Shown here: positions 42,701 through 56,400 of the stretch, piece after piece | How the letters are laid out: every line of letters begins with the position of its first letter | Numbering within the stretch: the stretch's first letter is position 1 | Assembly: GCF_964204645.1 (NCBI RefSeq) | Contig: NC_134025.1 | Coordinates: 8,308,001 to 8,372,000, forward strand | Direction: 5' to 3' | Length of the DNA stretch: 64,000 bases | From: Tubulanus polymorphus | Taxonomy: Eukaryota; Animalia; Nemertea | The notes under the pieces: model-generated | Seen by the model: the letters and a program-made list of their open reading frames with translations, nothing else | What the model was told of the DNA's origin: nothing | The model's database searches: none | Translations under genes and position numbers: made by a program

Positions 42701-45700
42701 CATTCAAATGGATCACTGAACTCATAGTTAAAAATCCACACTTTATATAGACATTGTTGAAAGTTAGAAAGTTAGATTTAGAATTAAAAACAAGGGATAT
42801 ATAGGGATCTATTTATATTGATTATGAGAAAAACCGTTGCTTAAATTGATGTTAATTCATTTAAGAATGATTAGTAATTAGAACAGACAGCTGTGTGACA
42901 TTGATCATAGCAAGATAATCATAGCGTATTTTAGAAACTAGGATTTCTTTCAGAAATTGTAACTTTTATGGGTGACTTTTGTTGTTAATATAATAATTTT
43001 CTTATATACATGTATTTCAATTTGAATGTAGTAGGATATAGTGGGTTTAATATTACAGTTCCCCACGTGTCTGAGAGTGGCTATTTCTGACATTGCTTGT
43101 TTTTAGGAAAAGTTTGCCTATCAAACCAAGTGATAATATTTCAATGACTTATGAAGAAGATACTTGTTCACTCACTATCGCTAAGACAACTACAAAAGAC
43201 ACTGCCGAATATGTTTGCAAAGCAACAAATCCAGTTGGTGAAGATACATGTACTGCCCGTGTCCTTGTTGAAGGTAAATCTCTTGGTCTGTGTAAATGTA
43301 ATTTTCAACTTAATGCTTAAGATCTATTGAGTTGAGTTGAATCACTTAAATTGATTTTTTTTTCTGTTACATTTAAAGCAAAACCCAAGGAAGTTCAACC
43401 ACCAGAAGTAGAAGAAGGTATGAACATGTTTTATTACCATTTTGCTGTATTCATAATTGTTTTATTATGTGTTAAAAATTGGCATATACACTGATAGTCA
43501 TTATTTGTTTAATGCTGAACTCTATTGACATTCATCGGATGCTCTAGATTTTTCGCTTACCCAGATTGACAGATAATTTAAATGAGTTTGTCTTAAAAGC
43601 ATTCATTATAATGTATTGATTTTTATCACGGAAATTTGATTGTGTCCTGAGTGCAAGTTAGCATTTATCGTTATTCTTAAATTCAACATCTTTCAAGATA
43701 AAGATATCTTCTCACGGTATGATTTATGACAAAAAAAATTCCCAGTTGAAACTGACTTCTTTGTAAAATGCAGATTACAAGGAGGAACCCGAATTCACAA
43801 AGCCACTGAAGAACGATGAGGTGAAGGAGGGGCGCACACTGAGAGTCGATTGTCGGGGAACTGGTGTTCCAATTCCTGAGTTTACATGGTTCAAAAACGA
43901 TGAACCACTCGCGATAGACAACAAACGAGTTAAGGTTGACAGGAAATATAATAAACGTGATGATGAGACTGCCCTGATTTTAACTGTTGAAACTATCACC
44001 ATGGATGATGCTGGTACATACAAGTGTATTGCAAAGAATTCCGAGGGTCAGGCCGATACAGTATCAGTTGTTACTGTTGAAGGTAGGCAAAGTGATAACA
44101 AAATCACCTTGCACAAGATAAGTATTTTTCATTTGAATATCTCTGTCAACAATCGCTCTATAAATTCTTTTCAGCGAAGAAAATACGACCTGATTTTATC
44201 AAAAAACCAGACAATTATGAGATTTATGAAAAAGATTCTGTGACATTTGAAGTCGAGGTCAGTGGTTTTCCGCACCCAACAGTGACATGGTAAGTTATTA
44301 GGTTCTCTGTATTTTATGTGAAGAAAAGCTGATGTTGATTATCGATGTTACTGTCGTGAAAAATGGTAACCTGTACGATAATAATAATTTTTTTATTCAT
44401 TACTAGGAATTTTAGTGATAAGGAGTTGAAACCATCGGATCAGGTTATCATCACTGAAGATTTCCCCAAGTATTCATTGACCCTCAAAGACTGTGTTGTT
44501 AATCAGACTGGTGTGTATAACTGCCGACTGACCAATGAAGCTGGTGGACAATTTGCTAATGGTCGACTTAAAGTACGGCGTAAGTATCATGCTTAATTTG
44601 CAGTTATTACGCCTATCTTTCTACTTTGAAAAATCGCTTTTCTTACATCAATTTTATACTACTTAATTCAGTGTCATAACTCCTATTTTAGCTGCCAAAC
44701 CACCAAAGTTTGTCAAAAAGACTGAAGATGTTGTATCACCAGAGCATGGTACTGCCAAGTTCACATGCAAGGTCGCTGGTGTCCCGAGTCCGACTCTTAC
44801 TTGGTTTATCAATGATAAACAAATCGAAATGAGTGAGTCAATTACTTCTGACTATGACAAGAAAACCGATTTACATACATTGACTTTTATTGATACAATG
44901 CCTGATATTGGTGGAAAACTTAAATGTTTGGCCAAGAACAATGCTGGAGAGGCATCGTGCGAGGCGATTCTGACGGTACGAGGTCGTGCACCAATATTCA
45001 TTGATAAACCAATCAAATGCACAGTACTAGCAGGTAAGACACTGAACCACATACAGAAACTTGCACTTATATTGGTTTATAGCCACTTCTGAAAAATATG
45101 AAATTACCGTAGTGTTTCATGCATGCGAGTCCAAAGCACCACAGCTTAGTTACACAAAAAGGTTGAATTCTTAAATCGATTCAATTTATTTGTTAATCCA
45201 ATTTATCTTATAGCGATTTGCGAGTAAATCCTTTTTGGGAAACTAAGCCTAGTACTGTATGTTTCCGAATACGATGCACCCAGTTTCTAATATATTTCAA
45301 TAATGTATTATTTAGGCAGTTAGTCAGAATACTTTTCATATTAGAACTGGATCTTTTTGTGGTGAAATTGCATTTTTTACTATTACTCAATATGTTCATA
45401 TACACGCACAGATTTAACAGATGACAGTGATAGTACACCGGGTATGTTATTGCAAAATGAAGATCACGGTCTCATATTATGAACTTTTATGTTATTTCAA
45501 AACCAAGTCTCTACATTTTGTTATCATCTAATGAAGCAGTTGTGAAACCACGATTTAAAAAGCCAAGGAGTTTTTGAAGAGTTTCAATACAGATGATAGA
45601 GACTGGGTTAGAATGACACATCCCCTGGCTGCAAAACACACGCTTCTCCAGCATTCAAGTAATCTCCCTCATATTCTGTATAATTCTCTGTTGCAGATAA

Positions 45701-48700
45701 ATCAACTATCTTTAAGAGATGCACGATATTAAAGATTCTAAACATAATGTAATTGTTTTGATAAATGGTCATGTCTGCATTTCCTTTTCATTTTTTACGG
45801 AAAACTAAATAATCAAATATATAATGTTCTATTATATTTTCTGTATATACTCGCATCTCATATAATATCTCTCATTCGTTGAACGATATATAAAGCTGTT
45901 TGTGGATGTTTTGTTTTAACTATATTACGCAAATCAAATATTTATAATGAGTTTTATTGTTTGATTAATACTGAAAAGTCTGAAAATGAACATTTCTTTG
46001 CATTGTATCTGGCGCATCAAAGCATGGATAATCTAAATTGCAGGCCAAAGTTGTTGTAAGATACAAGGATCGCGAATATCGATTGTGTTTTGTAGGCCAT
46101 TTAACTATTCGTGATAATTGCAAATATGCATATCTTAGGAAGTGATCTTGGGCGCTTTTCTTGAAAAGATTAATTCCTCATACATACTGTTATACGTACT
46201 GAAAACAGTGGTCATTCTCGTGTTCCTAACTTAAACTTAAAACGATTAGCAAATCTTCATTATTATGCTTTAACTAATTAAGTAACTTATACTCGCTGTT
46301 GTAGGACAAACAGGATTATTTCAAACCAGAGTTGATGGTGAACCAAAACCAAAGGTTGAATGGACGAAAGGAAAATGGACAAAACTACAGGCTAAGAAGG
46401 ATAAATACAAAATACACTATGATGAGACTAAGGACATGCATATCCTTGAGATTGAGAATGTTAAAGCAGGTGATGCCGGCACATACGTTTGTACAATCAG
46501 CAATGAGCATGGGTCTGATAATGTATCAGTAACGCTGATTGTCACGCAAGATGAAACTCTAGTTACTGATTGGAAAGCATCACTGCAACATATGTAAGTT
46601 TATTGAACCATCATTGAACCAACACCTCATCTTGAAAATTTGTTAGAAATTGAATATCGGATTTTTTTACTTGATCTTAGTGAGAGAGCCGAGAAACCAA
46701 TTGAAGAGGAAGATGTTGATTTTGGTGTTTCTCTACGTCGAGTTTCCGAAGTTCAAGCCCCAGAGGAAATTAAAGAAGACAAAATCACTTTAACACACTT
46801 AGAAATGGATGAAAGCAAACCTACACCTTATGAACGTACTGAGGTTGAACACGTGAGTACAGAACTCCACAAGTCAAACAAGAAATCGACTGAAAAAGAT
46901 ATCAATCTTATTTTTGTATTGTTTAGGTCGAAATGGAGTTCAAGCCAATGGACTTTGGGGAAAAGCATGAGCGTTCTCCTATTGACGAAGGGGAGATGAT
47001 TAAACCAATCAAAGAGAAAGATGTTGAAGCAGAACCAGATGATAAAGATAAATATCAACGGGAGCCTAAGAAGAAGGAAGAAGGAGAAGTAACAGCCCCC
47101 AAACTGGTTATACCTAAAGTCAAGGTAATATTTCAAACTGTTTTAGATTTTGTTCATTGAATCATTTACAGTTTATTATAGAATCACATAAACCTCAATA
47201 TCTATCATTTATTCAGTTGATAAAACCAACTTTATAATTTTCAAACCAGATTTAATTACATTTTGATTGATATTGTTTGTAGCAATCGCTATCAACCGAA
47301 GAGGTATTAGAATTGTAAACAATATATGCATGGTATCAACATTTTTTGCATTCATTCATTCTTCCATATATCATTGAAATATTTCTTTTGCAATTTTAAT
47401 CATCGTTGCAATATGTTTTGCATATACATGTTTCAGGGACCATCACAAAGTATTGGTTTCACTATAAAAAGTTTTAGCCACATTATATATTCTTCTATTT
47501 TATTTTTATACATGTACATAACAATAAGCATCACAATACTATGCAAAATGGTTCCTTCTGAGTGTATGTTATTTTAATTTTCATGACATGTTCTTATATT
47601 TTTTGCATTCTTTTTCATTCATGACCAATCTAATGCATGCAATAAACAGTACGACATAAGATCAAAAATATTTATTCACATTTTTCTCATAATCACGGAC
47701 AATGCTCTTGTTTCCAACAACTTGGAAAAGGAAAATTATTTTGTATATTACAAATCGTTGATTACAAAATGCAGTGATTTAAATGTCTTATGAATATGAA
47801 ATAAATAGTCAGAATAAAATCATTATCTTTTTTAGTGGGTCTTTGAGAAAGAAATTGAAGATGTCTCTACCATGGAAAAAACATCTGCGGACTATGAGTG
47901 TGAGGTCACTATAAAGGACTTCAAGGTAAAATGGACAGTCAATGATGTGGAGGTTGTTCCAGGACCAAAATACCAAGTTAAAATGGATGGCAAGAAGCAT
48001 ACACTGTCTGTGAATATGTGTGAAATCACTGATAACAATGCTGTAATCAAGTGTCAATTTGGCAAGGCAGAAACAAAGGCTAAACTCTTTGTTACACGTA
48101 AGTAAACTACGTTTGTAGTGTGTGCTTGTGATTTTAACTGGCAATTATCAAAAATTCATAAAACTTCAGTAAATAACATTATGAGTGCTCAGATGCTTTT
48201 CCAAAAAAGCCCCTGATACTGTTCTCAAGAAAGCGAGCTTTAATATAAAGTGCATTAAAAAAGCAAAATGCATGTAAGTGCTACCCAATGAAAGTAATAC
48301 ATTCCGTGATATCCATTGTTAAAGGCAAAAGATAATAAATCCTTCCTGAAAATGAAAATCTCTCCCGGTTAAAAAACCCTACCCGGTAAATATCCCCTCA
48401 GGTAAAGGAAAATCCCCCAATTCAGTCATTGCTCTTAGATGTTCATAACAAAGGAAATCTAGCTAAGAAATCCTTTAAATTTTGAATTTAAACTTTCATT
48501 ATCAATTATGTAGAAACCAATTTCAGCTGACTCTTCGATCTGATTCAAAGAAATAAAGGCTTGCTGCTGATTGTGGAACATTAGAAACATTTGGAAACCC
48601 AAATGATATGTGTGACTTCGTAAAACCTAATTAATTTGATGCATCCTAAAATCGATCTATGTATTTCGTAAAAAACATCATAACATTGATCAATTTTGTA

Positions 48701-50427
48701 GTGAAATTCAACTTGGGGATGTTTACCAGGGCGACCTCAAAACCTATGCATATACTAATTTCCTATCTGAAACACAAGAAAACATGTGAAGCATGCTGCT
48801 TCTTGCACACATTGCACATACAAGGAAAACAAAATCGATGCCAAAGATTTACTTAAAAGATTCTGAAGATTTTGTGTTGCTGTTCCCTTTCATGCACAGC
48901 AAGAGAACGTAAGTTCATTCGCCCATTATCTGATGTTACTGTGGAAGAATCAGAAACCGCCACATTTGAATGTGAATTTTCACTGGATGATGTACCAGCA
49001 ACATGGTATATTGCTGGTAAATCTATCAAGGAGGATGATCGTTTCAAACTTGAGCAAGATAGCTGCATCCATCGTTTGATTATATCAAACTGTGTTTCCA
49101 AAGATGCAGGTCCTGTTGCAGTCAAGTTTGAAAAGTTTGATTCCACTGCGAATCTGACTGTGAAAGGTAGGAAAATTTCCAATAGATATCAGTTATTGTC
49201 ATCGGACATTAGATTTAGAATGTTACGTATAGTAAATGTAGCACAGCCATGTTAATACTAACTTGAATAGTTTGATAAGTAGATATTAATTAACATTGAT
49301 TATGATAATTATTATCCTCGCTTCAATCAAAGGAATGGCAAGGTAATTAAGTAAATCTAATAAGAGAGATTTCCTTGATTTGTTTATTGTTATGAAATTG
49401 ATATACCTTCCAAATTCGTTGATTTAGTGCATTTAGGTTAATGTTGTAGGAATGCTATTTCTGATTTGTCACTCTACCCACAATGCTTGTCTTGACCTCT
49501 CTTATGATGATTATGGACCACCTTGCTAAATCCGAAATTAGATCAGTTGTCTGCTTGTATTCTAAATAATACCTCATCGATTATTACTGTGATGATAAAT
49601 GTTATATTTCCGAAAAAGTTGAAAAATTTAATTGAAATGTTAATTCTTACTTTTTTCTAATTTCTTTCATATTTCTTTTCGATGTAGATTTCTCAATATG
49701 ATATTCCTACTTTCTATCAAATCTTCATTTAGCTTATATAGTTATCATGTGGTTGTTTTCATCTGCTTGAATTTTCAAAACTCATTCTTACACTAAACGT
49801 TTTAAGCAGACAACTGCCATAGTCTTATACTGTCCCATCTGTTTATCCTGGTTTCTAGTTCCGCTGCTTATCTTATTCCCCTGCCTAGCAATATGTAGCA
49901 TTTATACTTTTGTGGGTAAGTGGCACCTTTTTAGATATTGAATACTGACTGAATGATTTTCCTGTGCAGAGGTTAGCTTTGGTGGTTTGAGTCGATGTCA
50001 AGATGTTATCAGTCCTCACGAGGTTGCCTGCATGCAAGATACCAACAGAACATACATTCCACAATCTGTCGTCCACATTTCTTCTCCATTATCACCCCAA
50101 TCATCACTGGATCCCTTTTTAAGATCTAATTCTGAGATCTCTGGTTCCAATACTAACGCTAAAAATGATAAAATTGACCTAACGTACAGAGAAAATTTAT
50201 CTGGCAGTATACAACCAGACACTGCAACTGATACAATAAGCGAAGAAGATAATTCCATATCTTCTAATCATAGAACCCCTTTTGATATACCCATGGAAGA
50301 AAAAGGAGAACAACAAGTTATCTATTCCAAGCCGATTAGTGTAAATCATGAGGATCAGGATAGATCGGTGCATTTTTGGGATGTTATTATTACAAGACAA
50401 GCTATCAAAGCAGAATGTAATGTCATC

Positions 50428-50470
<43 letters not shown>

Positions 50471-53400
50471 GCGGTGACGAGGACAATGTATGTTTCTCAG
50501 ATGAATGCTCCACTCAATCGTATACGTCAGATGAAGAGATGACTAAATATGATCTTGTAGAGGCTCGTAGGAAGAGTATGGATGCAGATGAAGGTAAACT
50601 ATTCTTAGGTACTCGTAGGTCACATGACTGGAATTCATCGTTTTCTCAATTCTCTGATCTATGTGTGGAAGCCAAATATGATGAAACTAATGCAGATGAT
50701 TTCGGTAGAAACAGGGGAATATCTAATTATTGCCCATCTTCTAGTACGGACGAAAGTTCCATTGGACAGCAAAACTGTGTACATATCCAATCAAGATCAA
50801 GTGATGACAAAGAATGTCATCCTTTAAGCGATGGTGAAGAAGGTTCTGATGCCTATGAGTTACAGAAGCAATCAATGATAGTTGATTCGATTGATTCAGG
50901 TGTGCCCTCATTATCATCTTATGATCTTCCACTCCTAAAACTCGATGGGAAAAAGTACAATTCATCGGACACTTCTATCGTACTGGCGCCAGTAGTAGAA
51001 AAAATATTACCACAAAACTCATTCCTAGATTACGAAGATGAACAGAGTGAAAATCGTACCCGTTTTGAAACAACTGATGCAAGAATTGCAAAGAAGAGTG
51101 ACGATAAGCTATCAAAAGGTACAGGTCAAGTATTGCGTAAGGTAGATGTTTCAAACATGGATTCAGATGAAGAACATTTTCAATTTCGTGTAAATGGAGA
51201 TATGTCGTCTCATAAAACTGATGATGAAAACGATTCGTGCCAATCGCTGGTCGATGAATGTGTAATCGGATCTGACAGGACAAACATAGGCAAAGAGCAA
51301 ATCACATTCGCGCAAAGTAAATTATCAGAAAATTTGATTTTACCAGATGTGGGCCATTTTGATGATACGATTACTTTGCGGCGGATGCGTATACTCGGGC
51401 CGCCTAGAATTGAAAACATCATTGAAATGACCAAAGAAATGATTATATCAAAAACGAAAAATTGTGATTATTTCGAGAACGAACGAGAGCATGACATAAG
51501 GCGATATAATGTGGATGACCACAACGACCAGAACACTGAGAGGATTAAAACAGATACACGAATAGATGAAGGTGGTATCAGTCCCAGATTTGACAAAGAA
51601 ATATCATTAAATGAAGATCAAGATGATGTATATCTCGGGGATAATTCTTCATTTGAATCGATAACGTCAGAGAAGGAATGTAATAATCCAGCAAATGTTT
51701 CCAAAAGAGTGAATGAATTGAACGAGGCGGTGGATACATGCAGTCATTTAAAAGATGTTGTCCAAAATGCACAACCGATACCGGATGAATTAATAAAAGA
51801 TATGGACTACTCCAGTGATATAAAATATTCCGATAACCTGTCTCACGCGGATTGTCTTCAAGTAGTACATGCTAGGCCAGTTATGGCAATAAACCCCCCT
51901 GACAGTCTACCTGATCATGGAATTGAAATTGTGCACGCAACGCCAGCCATGGTGATTAATATCTATCCAAATAACCACGTTGATACTTCCAAACTATTCG
52001 ATGATCAAATGCAAATAGTCCACGCGCGCCCTGCATTTGCATTGTGTGAAGGTGATGACATCGGTTCAAAACAAGACTCTTCCCATTACTGTTGTTTATC
52101 TGATATCGCTGCTGAAACAAATCCAAATAAGGTTGATAGGTCACCTATAACGAGACCAGCAAATCCTTACTATGATCTAACCCCAACAGGAAGTGATGAT
52201 TTTGATGAGATGAGATTTGTGGATCGTCGAACTATTGATTCCCATTCTTTGTCAATGTGCGAGAAAGAATCTAAATCCGAACCTAAACCGTCAAAGAAAG
52301 TAGAGGCAATGTTAAATAATACCTGGCCTGAATATTTAGACTTCCCCCAGAGTGAATGTGATGACGAAATAGATATGTTCAATTTTTCCTATGAAGATTT
52401 GGAATCTTATTGCCCTCAGCATGTAGGCGCAGGTGAACGTTATCCACCAATGACCCCTCATAGACGCAGCAAAAGTGTTGAATTAGGGATGCTACCACAA
52501 AATCGGGATTCGAGTCAACTTGATTATATTGAAATACAATCCTCAAAGGCTACTGAGGGTGTTGATGAATCGAAGCGCAATACTAACACGAACTACAGAG
52601 GACGAATGCTCTCAAAAGAAGTACAGGTTAATCTCTCAACTGAACGACCCCGAAGTCGAAGTGTTGGCCCTTCGATCAATCGTAAACGACTGAAAACATT
52701 TGACATAGACATATCAGAGAAAAAACGAGACCACGCATTGAAAACCAATATCACACCATTCGTCCGAAACGAGCTGAAAATGATCACAAGTGGGATTCGT
52801 TTATTATCAGGAACATCCTTTGAAGAGAAAAAAGTAGGAACCACACCTATTTTCGCAGACTCTAAGAGCGATCCCCTCAAAAAGGTATCCGGTGATTGTA
52901 ATCTTGCAATGGAAACCCCAAAGGTCAACTTGTTTCATGGCATTCCAAGTAATTATAGTGCAAAAAGTGAGAAGATGATTATCCTAAAAAAAGAGATGGA
53001 AACATTACCACCGGTTGAGTTTGTGTTTAGATTTCCAGACGGACAGGTTAAATCATATGGTGTTTATAATCTATCCTCCCCTAATCGTCAGCTTGAATGT
53101 AGTGCCCTTGATGTCACTTGTGATAGTGTGTTTGGCGATGAACTAGAGGAAAGATATTCGCCGGATGGCAATATCGTCAGGCCAAAAAGAATTCCAGGAA
53201 TATTCAGAGGTGTTGAGCAAAAGTGCAATATAGAAGCCACGTGTTCATCACCTGGCGATGTCAGTGAACCTTGTACAGCTGCAGTGTCTGGGGAAGAAAT
53301 CTTTAGAACTTTTCATCCAAATGATGATGAAAGTAATTTTAAGGTCACCCAAACTAACAGTATCAAAGGAACTAGAGGCTCTTCCTTCCTTCCATCGATT

Positions 53401-56400
53401 ACATCATCCTCATGCCCTCCTTTCTCAAAACGAAAATCAAACCACAGTGTTTGCAAACCAATCATGAATGAAGGTATGTCTTACAACATCAACAATATAT
53501 TACTTTTGGAAACATATCCATAAATGTGGCAAATATCGTTGCATCATTCAACACAATTACAAGATATTGTGCACATTTTCTCATTACTATATGATTTTAT
53601 TACTTTTCACACATAAACAGTGTATCATATAGTTCGAAATGAACAAAGGGTAATTGCCCGATGCTTGATACGTACCACGTATGTATGTGTGTCCATGACT
53701 TAATTATTATGATTATTAAATTTTTGATGAATTGTAGAGAAATGAATATAATGTTTGGTAAAACATGTGCACGTTTTGCATTATTTTCGCCATGTTTATT
53801 AGAAAAACAAAAAAGAATTGATTGATGTATTATTCACATGGCATTTTCTTTTCATTAATAATGTATATTTTGTCTAAATTTTTACAGGAAAAAAGGTGAA
53901 AGAGGAGCCAGCAGGTAAGACGAATTCCGTTTTTATTTTCGGTCAGGTTTACATAATGATAATGACTTAATGATAATACAGATATAAAAAAGACAATAAG
54001 TGGCTGTTGCTTTTTGTTAAGAAAAAAAAAGGATGACTATCATTTACATTTGAGAGTGAAAGATTTAGTTTTAGTTTCTAAACAAAACAACTTTTCGAGA
54101 AAACTACTCGAGTCTAGTTGCATAGTCTAGATTTGGGTCAAGAACTGGTTTTAATTTATTAGATTGGCTATAGAATCAAGATGATCTTAAACTAGTTTTA
54201 AAAAAAACCATGACTGCGCAACTAGGCCCTGCTTCCGATTGCATTGTTTTTATTTCAATTTTGTTTAATTTAACTAGAAGTACGCATGCATTGTACTAAC
54301 GATAAAGGTGATGACAGTGACTCTGGTTCATCTACATATTCCGCTCATTCATCATCAGAAAAAGATGAGAAAACACTTTCTAACCTTAAAGACAAAAATC
54401 AAATTAGAACAAAAAGGAAATACAGAAAGCAAAGTATTAGTTCTAAATCATCACTATCTGACTCAACTAACGAATCGGATAGTAATCCCCTTAGTTTTAA
54501 GAGAAAAAATGATCAAAACAGCAAACAATCTGAACAAAATATCTTAAACGAACAAACGGAACCTAAAATCGAATTAGCTGACTCCGATGAACATACAGAT
54601 GACTCCATTAGTCATACAGATATTAAGATCACAAAACCCGACCTTGATTATCCAGAAATCGATATTGCGTTCCCAGTGAAGGCCGATAAATCATCATCGT
54701 CATCATCCTCATCATCCAGCGACAGCGATGATGACGATAAGGATATCGATGTTAAAGCACGGATTGTCATACCGCAACCCGATATACAAGCACCTTCGCC
54801 TGAGAAAGGCCCATCGTCTTCGAGTAGTAGTGAATCCGAGGACGAAGACGGCGAGAAAACGAAACGTAACTTCAAATTGCCATCCGTGTCATTACCAAAA
54901 CCTCACTGGAATAGACATGATAGATATGAATTACCGACTGGTGACTTGCCCGACGATGAGGTCGAAATACAGGCTCCGGTCGTCGAGCCTCCTATTGTAA
55001 AACAAGAACGCAAATCCAGCACTAGCTCTAGCACAAGTGCTGACAGTTCCGACGGTATCAAACCTGAATTTCAATCAAACGTTCAAATTCAAAAGCCCGA
55101 CGTCGACGTTGAACTTCCCGAGGTGCACGCAGAGGTCGAGTTAGACAAACCAAAAATCGAAATGCCGAAGCGTCCTACGCTCGATATCGGCTTCGACAAT
55201 AACGACATTCAACAAAAGGACAGCAGCGATAGTAGTGGCAGCGAGTCAGATGACGAGGAAGGCAAATTGAAAAGCAAAAGTAAACTTTACATGCCCCATA
55301 TCAAAATGCCAAACCTTCGCAGAGATAAAGGCTCAAAAGAGCCGAAAGATGACGATGACGACAAAAAGAAAAGAAAATCGAAATTCAAAATGCCTGCGTT
55401 CAATATAAAGAAACCTCATTTCGGTGGCAAGCGAGGAAAATATGATCTACCCGATAGAGAACTGCCGGAACCAGAAATCGAATTAGAGATTGCTCCACCG
55501 GACGTAAACGCCGAAGTGAAAATTGAACGAAAAACCAGTACTTCATCAGCTGAATCCGATAAAGATACACAGGTCGAAATTACAAAACCCGACATTGATT
55601 ATCCAGAAATCGATATTGCGTTACCAGTGAAGGTCGATAAATCATCATCGTCATCATCCTCATCATCCAGCGACAGCGATGATGACGATAAGGATATCGA
55701 TGTTAAAGCACGGATTGTCATACCGCAACCCGATATACAAGCACCTTCGGCTGAGAAAGTCACATCGTCTTCGAATTGTAGTGAACCCGAGGACGAAGAC
55801 GGCGAGAAAACGAAACGTAACTTCAAATTGCCATCCGTTTCATTACCAAAACCTCACTGGAATAGACATGGTAAATATGAATTACCGACTGGTGACTTGC
55901 CCGACGATGAGGTCGAAGTACAGGCTCCGATCGTCGAGCCTCCTATTGTAAAACAAGAACGCAAATCCAGCACTAGCTCTAGCACAAGTGCTGACAGTTC
56001 CGACGATATCAAACCTGAATTTCAATCAAACGTTCAAATTCAAAAGCCCGACGTCGACATTAAACTTCCCGAAGTGCACGCAGAGGTCGAGTTAGACAAA
56101 CCAGAAATCGAAATGCCGAAGCGGCCTACGCTCGATATCGGCTTCGACAATAACAACGTTCAACAAAAGGACAGCAGCGATAGTAGTGGCAGCGAGTCAG
56201 ATGACGAGGAAGACAAATTGAAGAGAAAAAGTAAACTTCACATGCCCCATATCAAAATGCCAAACTTTCGCAGAGATAAAGGCTCAAAAGAGCCGAAAAA
56301 AGACGACGAAGTCGACGACGACAAAAAGAAAAGAAAATCGAAATTCAAAATGCCTACGTTCAATATAAAGAAACCTCATTTCGGTGGCAAGCGAGGAAAA

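Noticed and set aside
45500-45670. Minus-strand KLLGFLNR reminiscent of a LINE reverse transcriptase C-terminus
   Set aside because: Too short and degenerate to support.
47437-47646. Possible alternative terminal exon with hydrophobic tail (tttcag|GGA...; AATAAA at 47641)
   Set aside because: The translation looks like ordinary T-rich intron and there is no supporting motif; cannot be excluded without 3'-end data.
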